From assembly GCA_965644295.1 (NCBI GenBank), contig CBFFRP010000144.1, forward strand, positions 151,501 to 215,500: DNA of 64,000 bases, in the 5' to 3' direction. The position numbers and the translations under genes were made by a program. This DNA is from Paraphysomonas bandaiensis. Taxonomy: Eukaryota; Protista; Chrysophyceae. The notes under the pieces are model-generated. The model saw only the letters and a program-made list of their open reading frames with translations. It had not been told where the DNA came from and searched no databases. Shown piece after piece: positions 25,201 through 40,200 of this stretch. Positions within the stretch are counted from its first letter, which is position 1. The number at the start of each line of letters is the position of its first letter.

Positions 25201-28200
25201 CCTACAGTGCACCAAGACTTTTTGAGACTCCCAAACCTGTGCGGATTATTCACTTTAACAATGACGGTTACTACACTGTGGAGTTTGAAACCGACGGCTC
25301 ATTTCTGGATGATGTGAGTGAAGACCACCTTGAAGACTGGGCTGTTGCGAATGAAAAGATGAGGAATGGTCGAACTCTTTCAGGAACAAAAACTAATACA
25401 CCAGACCTTCCTTCAGATTGGATTGCTATTTTAGAAATGTCGAAATCATTCGGGATGCAGAAGAGAAATAGAAACCGATACACTGCTCCAACAGTTGAAC
25501 AGTTACTACGAGAAAAATCGGATATGAAAAAGTTGCGTCTTTGTTTTGACACAGACACACTTGACGAATTTCAAGATGTATTTGAAGATCATGATCGACA
25601 TGATGATGGCGTCATAGATATTGATAAACTGCTCTCGTGTTTCAAAGCACTTGGTGCGGAAGCCTCTCGAACGGATGTAAAATTGTGGGCAAAGAACAGA
25701 GGAAAAAATGGCAAGCCTTTGAGAGCATTCGATTTTGTTGATATGATGTTTGCTTACGCGGCTCTATTTTATCCGCCTCCATCTGAGACAGACATGAGTG
25801 CTGTTGAGACCAGTATCCTCGCTCGCTCGCTCCGCCTAAATGGTGAATGGAAAGATATGAGTTACTTCGCAAGGAGTTTTGGTAGGAAACGGCTTCGAGA
25901 TCTGGAAAGCGCGTTCGATGCATACGCTGTTCGCGATAGTAGTGGGGAGCCGCGCATTCAAGTAAAGCACATGCTGGAAGCTTTCCATCGATGTGGAAAA
26001 TCTATTACTATGACGAGAATGACTGAGTGGATGACGGACGCGGACGTGCGTCCTCACGACGCACTATCTTTGGCCGATTTTGTTTCTGTGTTTGCATTTT
26101 TCTTTGGCCCTTCGTCAGCCGTGGCGTCTGCACATCCTGTGGAAAGTCGTGCTGGAGTTCGGTTGACACTATCTGAGATTGCCGTGAATGTACTGCAGGA
26201 AGAGAGATGGAGAGGCAGCGCAGATCAAGTCGATTCGTTTGTCCGTCGTTTGGGAGCAGGAAGGCCCGCTAGAACTGTGGAATGTATTGCCAAACTTCGA
26301 GACGCTTTTGATAGTATAGACACCGATTCTAGGGGAATTGTACCGATGGATAGAATTGCGGACATATTACGACATGCTGATATCCCTCCGGCTACTACGG
26401 AGTCCTACATTCAGACGTTCATTGCCAATTCGAAGAAGGCTATGAACCACTCTGTTGTGCTTCCAGAAATATTTGAACACTTTGGCTCCATAATTCAGGA
26501 TGTATGTGAGAGCTCCGTCAGTGTTGCGGAGGCACTGGCCATGTTTCGACTGCACAGTGACGTTTCGACCATACGATCTGCTATAGATCTTACGCTGAGG
26601 ATTATTGACAACATATTGTCACATACAAATGACTCCAAGTACTGGAGAATAAATGTATTGAGCGAGGTAAGGTAATTGTATTCTTGACATGGTTAATAGA
26701 TTAAGTAGGAATTTGCTGGGAAAATATGGCAATTTCCTGCTGGAACGGCTTTGATGCGCTCTGTTGGATTTAATATCAATCCAAGTGACTCTATATCTCA
26801 AAAAGGTAATAAACGTATGGTGATATCTTTAGAAGTACCCACACCAGACGGAGAGTATCCACCTGTTCTTCCGACTGCTGTGACAAATTCGTTGAAGGCC
26901 AAGAGGGTGGAAATTGAACAGGAATTGGCTGCTCTTGAGGGTGCCCCTTCTGTTGGAGCTGCTGTACGTGAGATTCGTCAACACCATTCTGCTGTTGAGA
27001 CTCGACAAGGCGCAGAAACTGCACTGTCATTAATTCGAAATGTTCTTGCGAACCCTCGTGACATCAGGATGTACCGCGTAAAGAAAGCAAACCCGGCGTT
27101 TTTTCGAACATTGGGAAGGCTGAACGGGTCGGAGCTGCTGATGAGGGCAATTGGCTTTGTATCAGGGAGTGACGCAGATGTCGGGGGAACCGAAGCTTCA
27201 GCTGGGGCAATATATGTGCTCCACTCTATTGGGTCTGGAAAGTTTGATGCAGCACGGCAGTTGACTGAGAAGCCTCTTCAAGGTTTGTATGTGCCGAGGA
27301 AATGTTATAGTATGCATGTGATGGATGAAATATGTCCAGGTACCCATGGGTTTAAGTTTCCAGCGCTAGATTCGGAAACAGAAAAATTTTTGTGGAGACG
27401 CAAGGCGGAATTAGATATGGCATTGAGGCAGTTAGATTCGATTGTTGGTACGCGGAAATGATATGCTATTTTTTCGTTGTAGTAATGTGTTAATGTAGTT
27501 GAGAGCGTGAGCGAAGCGGCCCCAGTGTCTACTTTATCCGATCCAATGACTGCAGTGAAAGATGAATTGGCCACTGGAAGTATTGGAAAGCATTCCAAAT
27601 CAACGAAGGTCAAGCAGTCAAGGTCATCGTCTAATAAACAGCACCCTGTCAGTGTGCCAGTTCTGAAGAATAAATCTACTTTGTCGTCGTTGCAAGATTA
27701 TTTGAATGGGGCATCACCTGCTCAAGTTACTCAGATTAATATGATCCGCCGAGTCTTTGAAATTATGGATGCTGATGGTGATGGCTTGTTATCTGCTGCC
27801 GATGTTAAAGCATACTTCCGTGCTATTAACAGAACTGCGACGGACAATGTTGTGCACAAGTGGATTCGAGAGCGTGATATTGATCAGGATGGTGCCGTTT
27901 CTCTTGTTGAATTTGTTTCGAGTTTCGCATATCAGCTTGACCCATTGAGTAAGAACTCTGGGTCGAAAGCACATGGTCGGGACAAGGGCATTCCATCGGC
28001 TATTGCTACAGCTTTTGGAACAGTTAGACTGGCATGTTCCCCGCCAGAATTAGTCGATGCGGTGAATACTGCCAGCAATTATATACAGAAAATACTTGAC
28101 TCGCCAACTACTAAAGAGTTTTGGAGAATTCATATTGGGGATTCACATTTCCAGCAGAAGTTAGGGCGGCTCTTGGGAGGTGTCAAATTAATGCAAGCAC

Positions 28201-31200
28201 TAGGGTTTGAGCTTGAAGAAAATGGAGATATCCTCGCGCTGAGAGACGAGCACGGGGCTAAGTGGGAGACAGTTCCCGTTCAAATGAGAAAGAAGCTGGC
28301 TAGGAACCTCGAGGAACTAATGTTCCATAAAAACTCACTTTTGGAGCCATCTGTGAGTAATATTGCGGCAGGTTTGTGCACCTGGTCATGATTACTATGT
28401 TGTTGATATTGAGGTTTTGTAGTATCAAGTGCTGTGGGACTGTGCGGCGAATCATTTGAAAAAGCTACTGAGTGGGGCGTCGCCATTGAGTCTGTCATTT
28501 CGATACTGAACAATATTCTTAACCACCCCGATGAACCCAAATATTATACAATAAATCCATCCAATATGCACTTTCACAGAAGGTATTCTAGCTTTATATC
28601 TGGTACTCTGTATTCTTATTGCGATGTAGAATCGGTCGACTTGATGGTGGCATTCAAATGCTTGTTGCTCTGGGGTTTCGTGAGGAGGAAGGCGGAGTCC
28701 TCACTCTTCCAATGGGGTCTAATCTGTATGACTTAAGTGCCAGAAAGCATGAGTTTGAAGTTGGATTAGAGCAACTTCGAAAGCGAATAGCAATGGATAG
28801 CACTCGGGATTTCGGTAAGCAGGTACAACCAGATGGTGGGGACGAAAGTATACCACCACAGAAGAATGATCCCAGTGTCAATATTGCACGGTGAGATAGT
28901 TGTCGATAAGCAATTTTGATCTGCGTACTAATATGAAGTAGTTCTGTATCTGCAGGTGAATCAAATATACAAACCCAACAACTTGTGAAGCCTACGAGAG
29001 CCATTGGCAAAAAAGTAATGAATGACTTGAAAGAAGAGAAAATGAAGAGGATGAAAGCTGAAACAGCTCTGCACAGACAGTCTGAGTTAATCAAAGACCT
29101 TCAAGCTGTGGTCAGCACACTGCAGAATCGTGAGGAAAGTCACTTATCGTTAAGACAAGGTTTGACCATTGGAAGACTAGATGTGGATGAGAAAAAGGAA
29201 TTGGAGAAGGATGTCAATAGGCTGGGCAAAACGAGTTTTGCTTTCGAGAAGCAAGATGCATCACAATCAACAGCCAAGCAAGTTTCCAACAGTGCTCCTT
29301 CAGCATCGCAGCGTCCTGCGTCAACCCGAGGTAGCGTTAGGGGTGGCAATTCTGTGGAGATAAATGTACTGAATTCTGCGACCACTGTTCTGGTGGAATC
29401 ATGTTCTGTCGGTGATATGAAATTGCTGACGCAGAGTAGCGACGGATTCACGAGGGGAATGAAGGTGCTTATTGGGTCTGGGACCAAAACTGAGATACGC
29501 ACTGTAAGTGGACTGGGTAGCATATTAATTGATGCTCCACTCGCCTTTGCACATCCTGCTGGGGCTCCTGTGTTTGGAGTAGCGCCCACCCAGTCGAATA
29601 TCAAGCGACTGCACAAGAAAATGATGATTGAGTTCGCGCGGGGGGTTATTATCGAGGATGTTATTCCGGATGCAGTAAGGCAGGGATCTCAAAAGCACAC
29701 AGAGTACTTGCTCAATAGTTTTTACGTCAAACGACCAATCGCTACACATACGTTTATTATCCAGCCACTTAGCTGTGCGCAGTTATCCACCGGTGAATAC
29801 TGCAGGACATCATTGTGTTCAGCCTCTTCACATATGGGGCGAATTTTATATGGGTTGAAGGACAAAGTTCGAGTTGTGGATGCCGAATTGAGCGCTGTTT
29901 CCGTTGTCAATATGTTTTTGACATTCTGTGATGATTGTGACGTGAGGTACAGTATGCCTGAGATGCTATTATCAACTTTTCAAATGCACCTTGAGATTGA
30001 TCCCATGATATATGGTATCTTTTCACGTATAGCATGCTATCAACATTTTTCAAGTCCGGTAGAAATGTTTTCCTATTATGCCGAAGGAAAAGAAGCCATG
30101 CGCTGGTCAACTTATTTTTCGATGATGACAGGTACGAAAGCATCGACAAAGGAAAAGGATATTGGTATACAAGAAGCAGATTCCCTTGGCATTTGTCCCC
30201 GAACTTTAACTTTGCTTGGATGTGTATTTGATTTGCTTGACAGTGATGGAGATGAACTGCTGTCTGTGCATGAAGTATGCTGTGCGTTTGGCGAACTGGA
30301 TGGTGTGCCTCCTTCACGACGTGACATTTCAATGTGCACGCAGCTTGCAGTTGATTACTCAATTCAAAGCCCAGTGATAGATTTCCACTCTTTTATGACT
30401 CTACGAAGTAGATATTCTAAACTTGCACACATCCTACCTGGTGGCCTAAGACTCGCGGGACGGTGGACACTCCGTTGTGCTTGTTCAAACTACGCTGCAA
30501 TTCAAAGGAGTTCATTCATTAGCCCAAAGGCGATAAAAGATCATATTCCTTCGGACTTGTTGACATGTATTCATTTACCTACACAGATGACGGTGGAGTC
30601 AGTAATTGATCACATGACATCCTCTGTATCTTCGGATTATATAGAGCTAAAATTGTGTGGTGCCTCCTTATTTAGCAATGCCCCTATTTTGCCGGCACGA
30701 GAAACTAATATCTTAGAAATATCCAGCGAAGGTTACCAGGTTGCTCAAGTCACAGTCGATTGCAGTAAATCGCGGGCGTTCGTGTTGTGTACGGACGGAG
30801 TAGTTCATGTTATTGATATTTTATCTGGCCGAGAATTATTCAAACAGAGAGTTATCTGGTCAGAGCCGATTCTATCTCGGACAATTGAAAGCCATGATAA
30901 GTTTGTGAGGTGGCGTAAAGACACATTGTCACGCATGCAGCAGCCACAAGGCGACGATACTGAGAAGATATCGTCCCAATTAGCCAGTTATGTTCTATCC
31001 CTTCCACACACTGGAAATCTATTAGCTGTAAATGGCGATGGTGGCCTTGTTGTGGTGAATTGCAGTGTTTCTTGCGGTGCACTATGTATACTTGATGAGC
31101 TCTCTTTACGTAGAATATGTCGTATAAAAGCGCCTGGAAGACTGAGCGATGTTCTGGAAGGTGCTGTTCGAAATATTTCTTTCGGACATAGAGTTGATGT

Positions 31201-34200
31201 CACACCGCATTCCCAGGAATGCACGGGCGCGGTGTGTAGTTTGTCAGTGTGTTCGAGGCGCTGTGTAATTTTCTGTCAGCTATACAATGCGCCTGATATA
31301 CACTGCTTGTCGTTATTTAACGGAGAAACTGTTGCTGTACTCGGAGGACATCTCAATACAATTTCAACTTTCGAGATATGTAATTCTCAGAGGTTTATAC
31401 TGACTGGATCCGTCGACTGTACTATCAGGCTCTGGAAATTTGACACCTGCCTTCCACATGAGATGTTACATCGGAGTGAAAGCAACGCGGTAAAGAAAGT
31501 AATTGCTGCATCTCTGGTCTCGAAGGCACCTCTGCGTGAGTTAGGATATACTTTAGCAGCGTTGATAAACATCTCTGCTACTTGGCGACGAGGAACTATA
31601 ACTGGCTTTTGTGATGGCGAACATCATTCCAAGGAGCCATTTTCTCTACATCATTCTTTCGAAGTCGAAGTTATGTTTGAAGATGCCTCTGTGAAATCAT
31701 ATGCGAACAGATCTCTGCTCCGATCTCCCGAGGAGGCAATTATTGCTCCAAGCGGCCCTCCGCAGTGGAAGAATTCTGAGGCAAGGTTAGCGTTGGGTGC
31801 GGACATAGTTGTATTTGAGGTTGATCCCGAATGCGCAGCATTGGCATTGGCACGATATTTGGGTGTTGAAAGCTTTGCTGTTCAGTGTTTCAAAGACTGG
31901 GCAACCTTGGTTCAAGATCTCATTGATAGCACGGGCACAAACGGGGTCAATGTCTCCAACGCTCTCTATTTAGGTGGGCTACACTTAAATAGACGAGTAT
32001 CACTAACAGAGTTCATGCGAATTGTGTTCGATATGTCGCATCTGTTGCAGCGAGGTACTGAAAGCCGCACTAAATTTTGTGACAAGCTTTTGTTTGGTGG
32101 ACATTCTGCTGCAATAGTCTCGGCTGTCTTCTCAGATATTGCTAAGGTAATAGTATCAGTTGATCAAAATGGGTGGTGTTGTTTGTGGGACACTAACAAT
32201 CCCCGAGTATCACTGTCCTTGATTAGCCCTTTCTCTTCTCCTGCTCTAGTAGGTCACCACCCCTTTTCCTTGGTGGCGAGAATGCAAATTGCAGACTGTA
32301 AACTTCCACACATTGCTGGGATGAATGTATCTGTTTCCTCTATGTGCAGGTTCTCGTGCCCATCAGATACAACTCCACCTTTTCCTTTGACGGCAGAGAG
32401 CTTGAATGCAGCGTACAAGGTCGACTGCAAATTTCCTACAGATGAAGTCAAAGTCCGGGGGCTTATATATGTCATGGTTGATATGACTCGTATTTGTCTA
32501 GAGACAACCGCCTTTCTTCCTAGTTTGGTGTCCATGGATTGTGCGAATGCATTCATGTGCAGTCCAACATTGTTGTCCAACATTGTTACTCACCAGGGAA
32601 AATCGTCATTGCAGCGTTTGTATGAGTCGAGGGATCGAATCCACCGTATTGTTTACGCAGTATCATGCGCTCATAGCTCTCTAGAAAGGCTAGCAGGTGA
32701 TCTCTCTGCGTATGGTGTGCTACAACGTGGCTATACCAAAACTCCTTCTGAACGAATTGATGTTGTGTGCTTCGAAAACTCCAGTTCTCGCGCTTATTCA
32801 GTGAAGTCAACAACCGCTGATGCTATACGACCTGCAAATTGTCGATGTGGTATAATTGTTGGGCATTTAAAGGACGATAAACTCATAGTTGCGTTGGACA
32901 ACTCGAACGATATAATTCACGTGAACATGTCAGACATATTGGTTGCATTCGACAGACCATCCGCTTTAAAAAATGAAAACGAAGACCGTTTCATGTTGGG
33001 GTGCAAGGTTAAGTTTAAGTACAGCTCTGTGACTACGGACAGGGTGGGGTACAAGGACAACGCGAATACAGCTGAGATGTTTGTCGTCCAACTGAATTTG
33101 TCAACCGAGAAGGAACAGATGGGCACATGCGCGGTCACTATGTTTGTAGGCCGAAACTCATGTGTAATGGCCGCAGCTGATTGCTGCAAAACGTCAGTGT
33201 CTGAGGCTACCAGTAAGCAACTCCGAATTTCATACATGAAGTATCTTGAGAGATTATTCGGTTCCTACAGTGCGTTTTTATTTCGGCGGTCATCATTGCT
33301 TAGAGGTTGGAGATCGTGTTTTTCATATAATGCCTGTAGGGTTCTGCAGTCAGGTGTATTTGTAGACAAGGAAAGACTTATTTTACTAGGCGAACTATCT
33401 GGGGCAAGCGCGTTGCCTGCAGTCGGATCTCTCTCTCCAATACATGATTGTGTGTACTATTCCGTACTTGGTCTTGTACTAACTGGATTTTTGGAGTCAT
33501 GTGACGATTCTCACCCTTTGGCGTTGTATATCTGGACCGTTTTAGGACGCGATTTATCAGAACTCTTACGTTCAAACAAACACCTCGTTGAAGAAGACGT
33601 TGCTCGTGAAAACACGAAGCGTACCCAAGAAAAATATCGAGGGAAGTCGTGGAATGTGGATGACTTGTTTAAACCATTCCTGGGACGCCGTGGAATTCGC
33701 ACTGAGGAGCTTTTTGCGCATAGCTATTTTATGGCGCTCGGTGCAAAGGGAAATACAACAATTGAGATTGAGATTTTAAGTGATAAATTATATAATAATC
33801 TCCGCCGTAGTGGCACGTCGCTGAGCGATTCTATTGGACCCCTTATGCGAGAAGACATTACATTCTCCTGCATTACCACAGAGAAAATGATTGCTGTCGC
33901 AGCTGAAGGGTCTAGTGGGGCCGACAATGATGGTCTGCTATCCTCTTCTTTCAGAGTTAACATGAAGAATTTGAAGAAGAGTAAAGGAGCTATGCAATTC
34001 CTGCTGCGGGAAGAGTACTTTTTTTTCTTGAATGTACTTCTTAATCGTAAACTTGATTTGAGGCGAAAAGAAACCCGAAATTCATTCCAGGCATCATTGG
34101 CTACCATAATGGAAGCTTCGTTTTATATTCTGAAAGATGTATTGCGATCACCGAGGAATTGCACTGCAAACGGAAAAGTGAATTCCTTTAATCCAGTTTT

Positions 34201-37200
34201 AAATCACATTCCAGATCCTGGTTCGTATACCATTCTTTCGAGACGTCGATATGATAGTATGTACTTGCCAGTGGATATTATTACTGCTAGGGCGTCAACT
34301 ATGTCGTCTGATGTTAATTGCGACACTCAATTCTTGGTTTGGTGCGGCCTGCCGTTTGCTCTCAATACGTGTGAAGAGCTGGAAGGGTCATTTTTTAAGC
34401 AGTGGAGCGTCAGAGTTAAGCGGCTTCAAGAAGCTTCTCTGTCCACAGCGCATGTTATTCACTGTCTGAACGACGTTGATTTCGGGCCTGAATACTTAAA
34501 GTGCAATACCGTCATCATGGAGTGGGACGATTCTTTGGTATCATTGCGTACGTTTTGTGCAAACGCTGGCGAAAGAGGGCTAATTTCAAACAACAGGTTT
34601 CTGCTGTTTCAACAAATAGCATCTGGGCTGATTGACGCACTGAATTCAATTCACGATTCTGGCTTCGTGCTGCGAAGTTTGTCGCCATCTACGATATTTT
34701 TGGGTGGCGACAGCAAATCAGATAATGTAACGATCCGAATTCTTCCTATGCCAACACTTTTAGAAATGGGAGAAAAAAGTAGTCCCGTGATTGATGCTGC
34801 ATTGCTATCTATATGTAATTCCTGGATGCAAAATGATCTTGGGGTGAGGACGTCTGAAGTTAATTGGAACGATTCAGATGGGTTGTCGACACCTTCATGT
34901 GATTTTTTTGCGCTGGGAATTTGTCTGTTCAAAATGGCATTTGGCATTGGACCTCGAAGCAGTTTGTTTGAATTATCCGGAGAAGCTGATATAGCGGCTT
35001 GCTTGTTGGCGGATTTAGTTGGTTGTGACGTAGAGAAAAGCGATTCTACAAGCCTTACTGACTCTACCGAAGACTTGCTTATGGGCAAATTAGTAGGCTC
35101 TCCTCATACCCATCTATTTTTAGCTATTGAAAAAACCATGGACATCAGCACGAAAAACTTAAAGTATTTTTGGGAAGAGTTTTATGATCAAGCAATTAAC
35201 GGTGATGATATTTCAACTGGAGGACTCCTTGTTGACAGTGTCGCTGTCTCCGTATGGGAGAAATGGATGCTTAAAGTGAGTTGCAAACTTCGTGTCGGTG
35301 GGTCGTATGGGATGGTCAAACTTGGAGAAAAAGTAACCAGTTGTTCATTTATGATGACAGCTGGGGAGAGTATTGATAGGATTCGTGCCTTGATGAAGGA
35401 TACATTCGATTTGAGAATGACTGCTCAGGAAGTCGACTTATTTGTCAGAAGCCTTTTTAGAGCATCAATGCGAGGCTCTGTGCCTCCTGCTGCAAAGCCC
35501 GTTCATGAGCAAAGTATCGAAGCTCTCCGTCATTTCGAATCGTTGTTTGAAATTATTGTTGCTTATGGAGTGATGCAGGAAATTCTCTTTGCAATCAGCC
35601 AATGTCTCCGCCAAGGTAGTCTGAAATCTTCAGATAGTAAGTCGTTTTTATCGTCGTTGAAAATGCTCCCTTTATTCGACCCTATTGACGTTAAGGATCG
35701 TAGTGTAGTTAGCACATGTACACATTCCCTTCTATCTGGGTACCGTTGTACGCCTCCGGAATTCGTGAGAAAGTTTTTATTTACACCACTTATTGCATGT
35801 ATAAATGAAGTTGTAAGTGAACTAGGGACAGTTACAGCTGGGGACGCAAGTAGGAGTATTCACGTGGATGAGGCACAATCGAAGCTCGAACACAGCCTTG
35901 TTCACAATCACCTTGAAACACTTTCTAAAATTATGTGTTGCATAGAGGAGTTGCTACTTGTGAGATGTGCTAATCTATTGAAAACACACACACAAATTAA
36001 GTACGAAAAATTGCCGTGCCTGTGTGCTAGTGGCGTTGACGTCAAGTGGATCATTGAGGAGTCAAACTGGGATATACTTGAGGAAATTGTAGAAAGTGAA
36101 TTGCTTTTCGCTATAGCTATGTTTTCGCTCCGTTTTCTTTCCACGGACATTTCTCGTACTAGTAATTCGGACAGTTCGAAATCATTGGAGTTGCACGACG
36201 ACGCTGCCGATATTAATTTTGGCACTATGTCGATGGGCTTTAGACTCCTTCTACGTGTTTCGAAATTTTTGGACAATGTAAGTGTGTGTCTAAATTCTAT
36301 GTGTAGGCAAGTGTATACTGCAATGAAAAAGAATAGCAACTTCAGTTCGACTGTCGAAGGTGTGAACGCATCATTTGAAAGTATGATCAATGAGCGCTAT
36401 CTTGTCGAGAAATATTTCTTCACTGTGATGTCTGTTATTACGATGCTTTGTTCTGGAGAGGAAGTATGTGCACCTCAATGGGGTCGACGACACCGTCTCC
36501 TGCCCGAGGCGTATGCTGGGATATTTGAAAATATTGAGACTGGAATGAAGGCTGCTGCACTCGTAGCACTACAGCACTGGAGTGTGCAGCTCACCCAGCT
36601 CTTCGAGCCGTTGTTATTAACATTGGTGGCCGAGGACGGTAAAGGCAACTCAGCAAAGCTCCAGTGTAGTGCTGACTGTATATATTTCGCTGAGAAACAT
36701 GTTGAGGCCCTTGCTATGAAAATATTACCACTAAGGTAAGATTACTTTCAGGGCATTGTATTATGTTTACTTTGTACATGTAGGTGTCGGAACAATACAG
36801 CAACCTACTGGCAGATGAGTGTGACACGTGGGTCGCCATTTTATACTGCCTATATCCGTATTTCTCGTGGGCTAGCTGAGTATTATCACCCGAGTGGAAA
36901 GAAGTCTGTGAAACAACAGCTTCACTTTGTCTCAACTGTGTTAAGCTTGTTGCCCTCAATAGATAGTGATCAGGGTGTCCTTGGAGAAGATAATGTAAGC
37001 GCATTGTATTTATATTCCAGGTAGCTTAGTTATGCATTGTGTAGGATTTTGATACTGTCCAATCATCAGAAGTTTCTCTATTTCCGGACCCGGCTGTTTG
37101 GCAGCGAGTCCAGGCAATGGTAGATGCTAGAGTTGTGGTACACATACAAAATTTCCTCGATGCATCTACCACCCAGACCTGCGCATACGCCCTAAAGCTA

Positions 37201-40200
37201 TGTTATAGGTCGTTGATGTACTGTGCCCGCCTCGCGCCCTCTACTATCACAGAAGAGCCGTTCGCTTCTCTTGCAGAGCAATTAACAGCACACCCCTGGG
37301 TACACGGAATTGTGGAAGTACTAAGGGACAAACGAACTCGACTGTCATCGGAGGTGTTCATGCTTGCTACAAAGTGCTTGTATGCGATGACCACGAACAA
37401 CTTGTGGATGAGGTACTGGCCACTTTGCGATGTGCTTCCCTTTCTGGTCAGTAGTAAGAAAATGATGCTAGGTCAGCCCAACGTTGAAATCCAAAAGCGC
37501 CTGGTGAATAAGATTCTTGGAGCAATCTCTGTGAAAAACAGTTCATACGTGAGCGCCGCTGTTTCAATCAGGATACTCAGTGCGAACACACTACCAAATG
37601 TGGTTGTTGATGGAAATATGATTATTCCAATGACAGCGAAGGGGTTATTGGCAGAAGCTAATGATTTGGCTTTCGGGAGCACCTTGAACGAGCAATTGAA
37701 ATTCTGTGATAGTTTGGAGAGCTGGGTCCAACGCGTGTTCGATACACAGCACTCTTGCGGTACTGGCTGCGATGAGGGGGAATGTTGGGACACTTCTGGT
37801 GCCTTGGTATGCAAAATAACGAGTTGGATTCCTGCTATGTCAATGCCTGTGGAGATAGAATACAAGGACAGTGACCGGAAGCATCGTGCAAATCAAAGTG
37901 GGGAGATTATTATCCGACAGGTTCAAGTAATAGAAAAGATATTACTCCACTTGTTGTCTTCTAAGCACCCTCAAGCCTTTGATATAGCTGTCCAGGTGTT
38001 GTGGTCAAAATCTAATATTTCACAAAGGCTGGACGATGTGTCTGAATTTGAAATAGAGCATGATGCAGACGGAGGACTTGTGGCTGTTCTAAAGCATCTG
38101 GAGACAGCCAATTCAGCTGCTGAAAATTTTCTCTCTGTTCGAGTGCAGCTTTCTATTGTGCACGTACTTGTTGGTATTATCGAAGTGTCCTCAGGGAATG
38201 ACTTGGCATTGTTCTGTCGATTGGGCATTGCTGATTGTTGTTTGTGGTTTATATCGCATTGTATGAAGCTCATGAGGGTTGTAGTCCGGCGCACAGCCTT
38301 GCATGGTGAATTCAAACGGCTCCATAACTCACTCGTACGTACAATACGTAGTGTGTGGGAGGCCCTTGTGTCATGCGGGTCAGGTGATGTGCAAGATGTA
38401 ATGTGTGCGTCTGGTATTACGAAAACTCTTATTAAGGACTGGCTTCCTGATGTTTGTAACCTGGGAATACAGAACGCATCGAAATCGAAAGATATTAGTG
38501 TGTTTATTGTGCGATTCGAAGCCATCTGTATGCTGCGTCAAGTCCTAGTTTATAAAGACAAGGCAGAAAAACTAATGTTTGATTTATCACGGCATGTTGT
38601 GGCGGAGTCAGTGGTTGTTAAGGAGTCGTCTAAGTTGCGTTCCATCAGCACAAAGAAAGGTGCAGGTCTACTTCGTGTTAGTGCTGGACATGTACTTGCG
38701 CTGTTAGCTGAATGGAATGTTGAGGACATAGAAAGTAGTATGACAGTAAGTTTTATGCTTGTTTGTATATAATGTGAGTGCGCGCTTTATTTGAACTGAC
38801 AGGAATACTCTGTTCCACGGATTTTGATGACTGCGACGATCAAGTTTGGGTCGATGCATCCATTTTCGCTGGAATTGTGGCAGCGTTGGGGAACTAATGC
38901 TTTTCATGCTGTCGAGGAGGACGATGCTATTGCAGACGACGAGAACGACGGTGCGTTTAAGTTACTCATAGATACAGATCTTATCATGTTATCAGATATC
39001 CCAGAGGTGCCTCATACCTCTAAGATTACGTCCAGGACGACTGTAGCGACAGAGTTGAATGAAGATGCGAACCAACTTTCTTTTGCGGTTGAAGCTATGG
39101 GCTCACTTATTCTTGCCATAAAGAATAAGTTTGATGAACATACGGGAGGTAATCCGCTTCTTTCCAAGGACAGTGCGATTGGTACGCTCAAGCCGTAAAA
39201 ATATGATTATTGTGTAGTAAGATCTTGCTTGCAGCATTGCTCATGGACTTGTGTTTGAAAGGAAGCACACTAGCCAAATGTATCGCTGTCCTTGACCGGA
39301 CGATAAATATGGGTATGGACTTTCCTGCCTTCTTATCAGTGTATTCCGCGTGTGTTGGCTTGAAGGCGCCTCCTTTTTACCCCTCTACGGACTCCAACAA
39401 TGGGTCTATGTGGGTGCCAACATCGCGAGGGATATGGGATAAGGTACGTGTGTGTCGCTTAAAACACATTTGTAATTTCGAATATCAGCTGGACAGATTA
39501 ACGGTCAAGACTCTTGATGCTATTTGTAAATCGAGTTCTCTAGGGCAACAGTATGATGAACCGAACGAGGACTGTGATTTGATAAGATGGGTAAGCTTGG
39601 AGCAACTTCCAGGCATATTAAGAAAATTGGCAAAGAATAAACACTCCCCGGCTGGTGTTGTCCCATCTCCAAAGACGGTCGAGGAGGCAATATCAGTCCT
39701 TCATGTGTTCCTTCCAGGAGCAAGGTCTGGGCAGTTTAGTTTGCAGGAAGTAGGGGTATTGTATCACTACCACCAACATCTCAGTGCAGATCATTGCTCT
39801 GGTACGACGCCAGGTTCTGTGTTTGACGCGACCAGGAATTATGTTGCTGAGGAAGGGGAGAAGATAGGAAACGGGGACGAGAATGTACCTTTACAAGGTC
39901 ATCAAGAAATTGAGCGGTCGAATTCAACTCGTTCATTCAGATATAGAGATCGAATCTCCTCTGACCGGGAGGAAGAACGTGCTCGATCTCCTCATTCTGC
40001 AATGTCGAATCCTATTGTAGATCATGCTAGGAAGAGAAAACGGAGACCCGCAAATGCAGGGTATCTTCCCACTGTATCAAACCTCCGTCAACGTGATCCT
40101 GTCACTCGTGCAGAAGTAGCGAAAGAATTTTCACGACTTGATGTAACAGGTGAGGGGAAGTTGACTTTTCTTAGCATCAAGAGCGCGTTGGAGATATTTG

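Noticed and set aside
29140-38525. Numerous minus-strand ORFs within the giant gene
   Set aside because: They are antisense shadows of long plus-strand exons, with no independent motifs.
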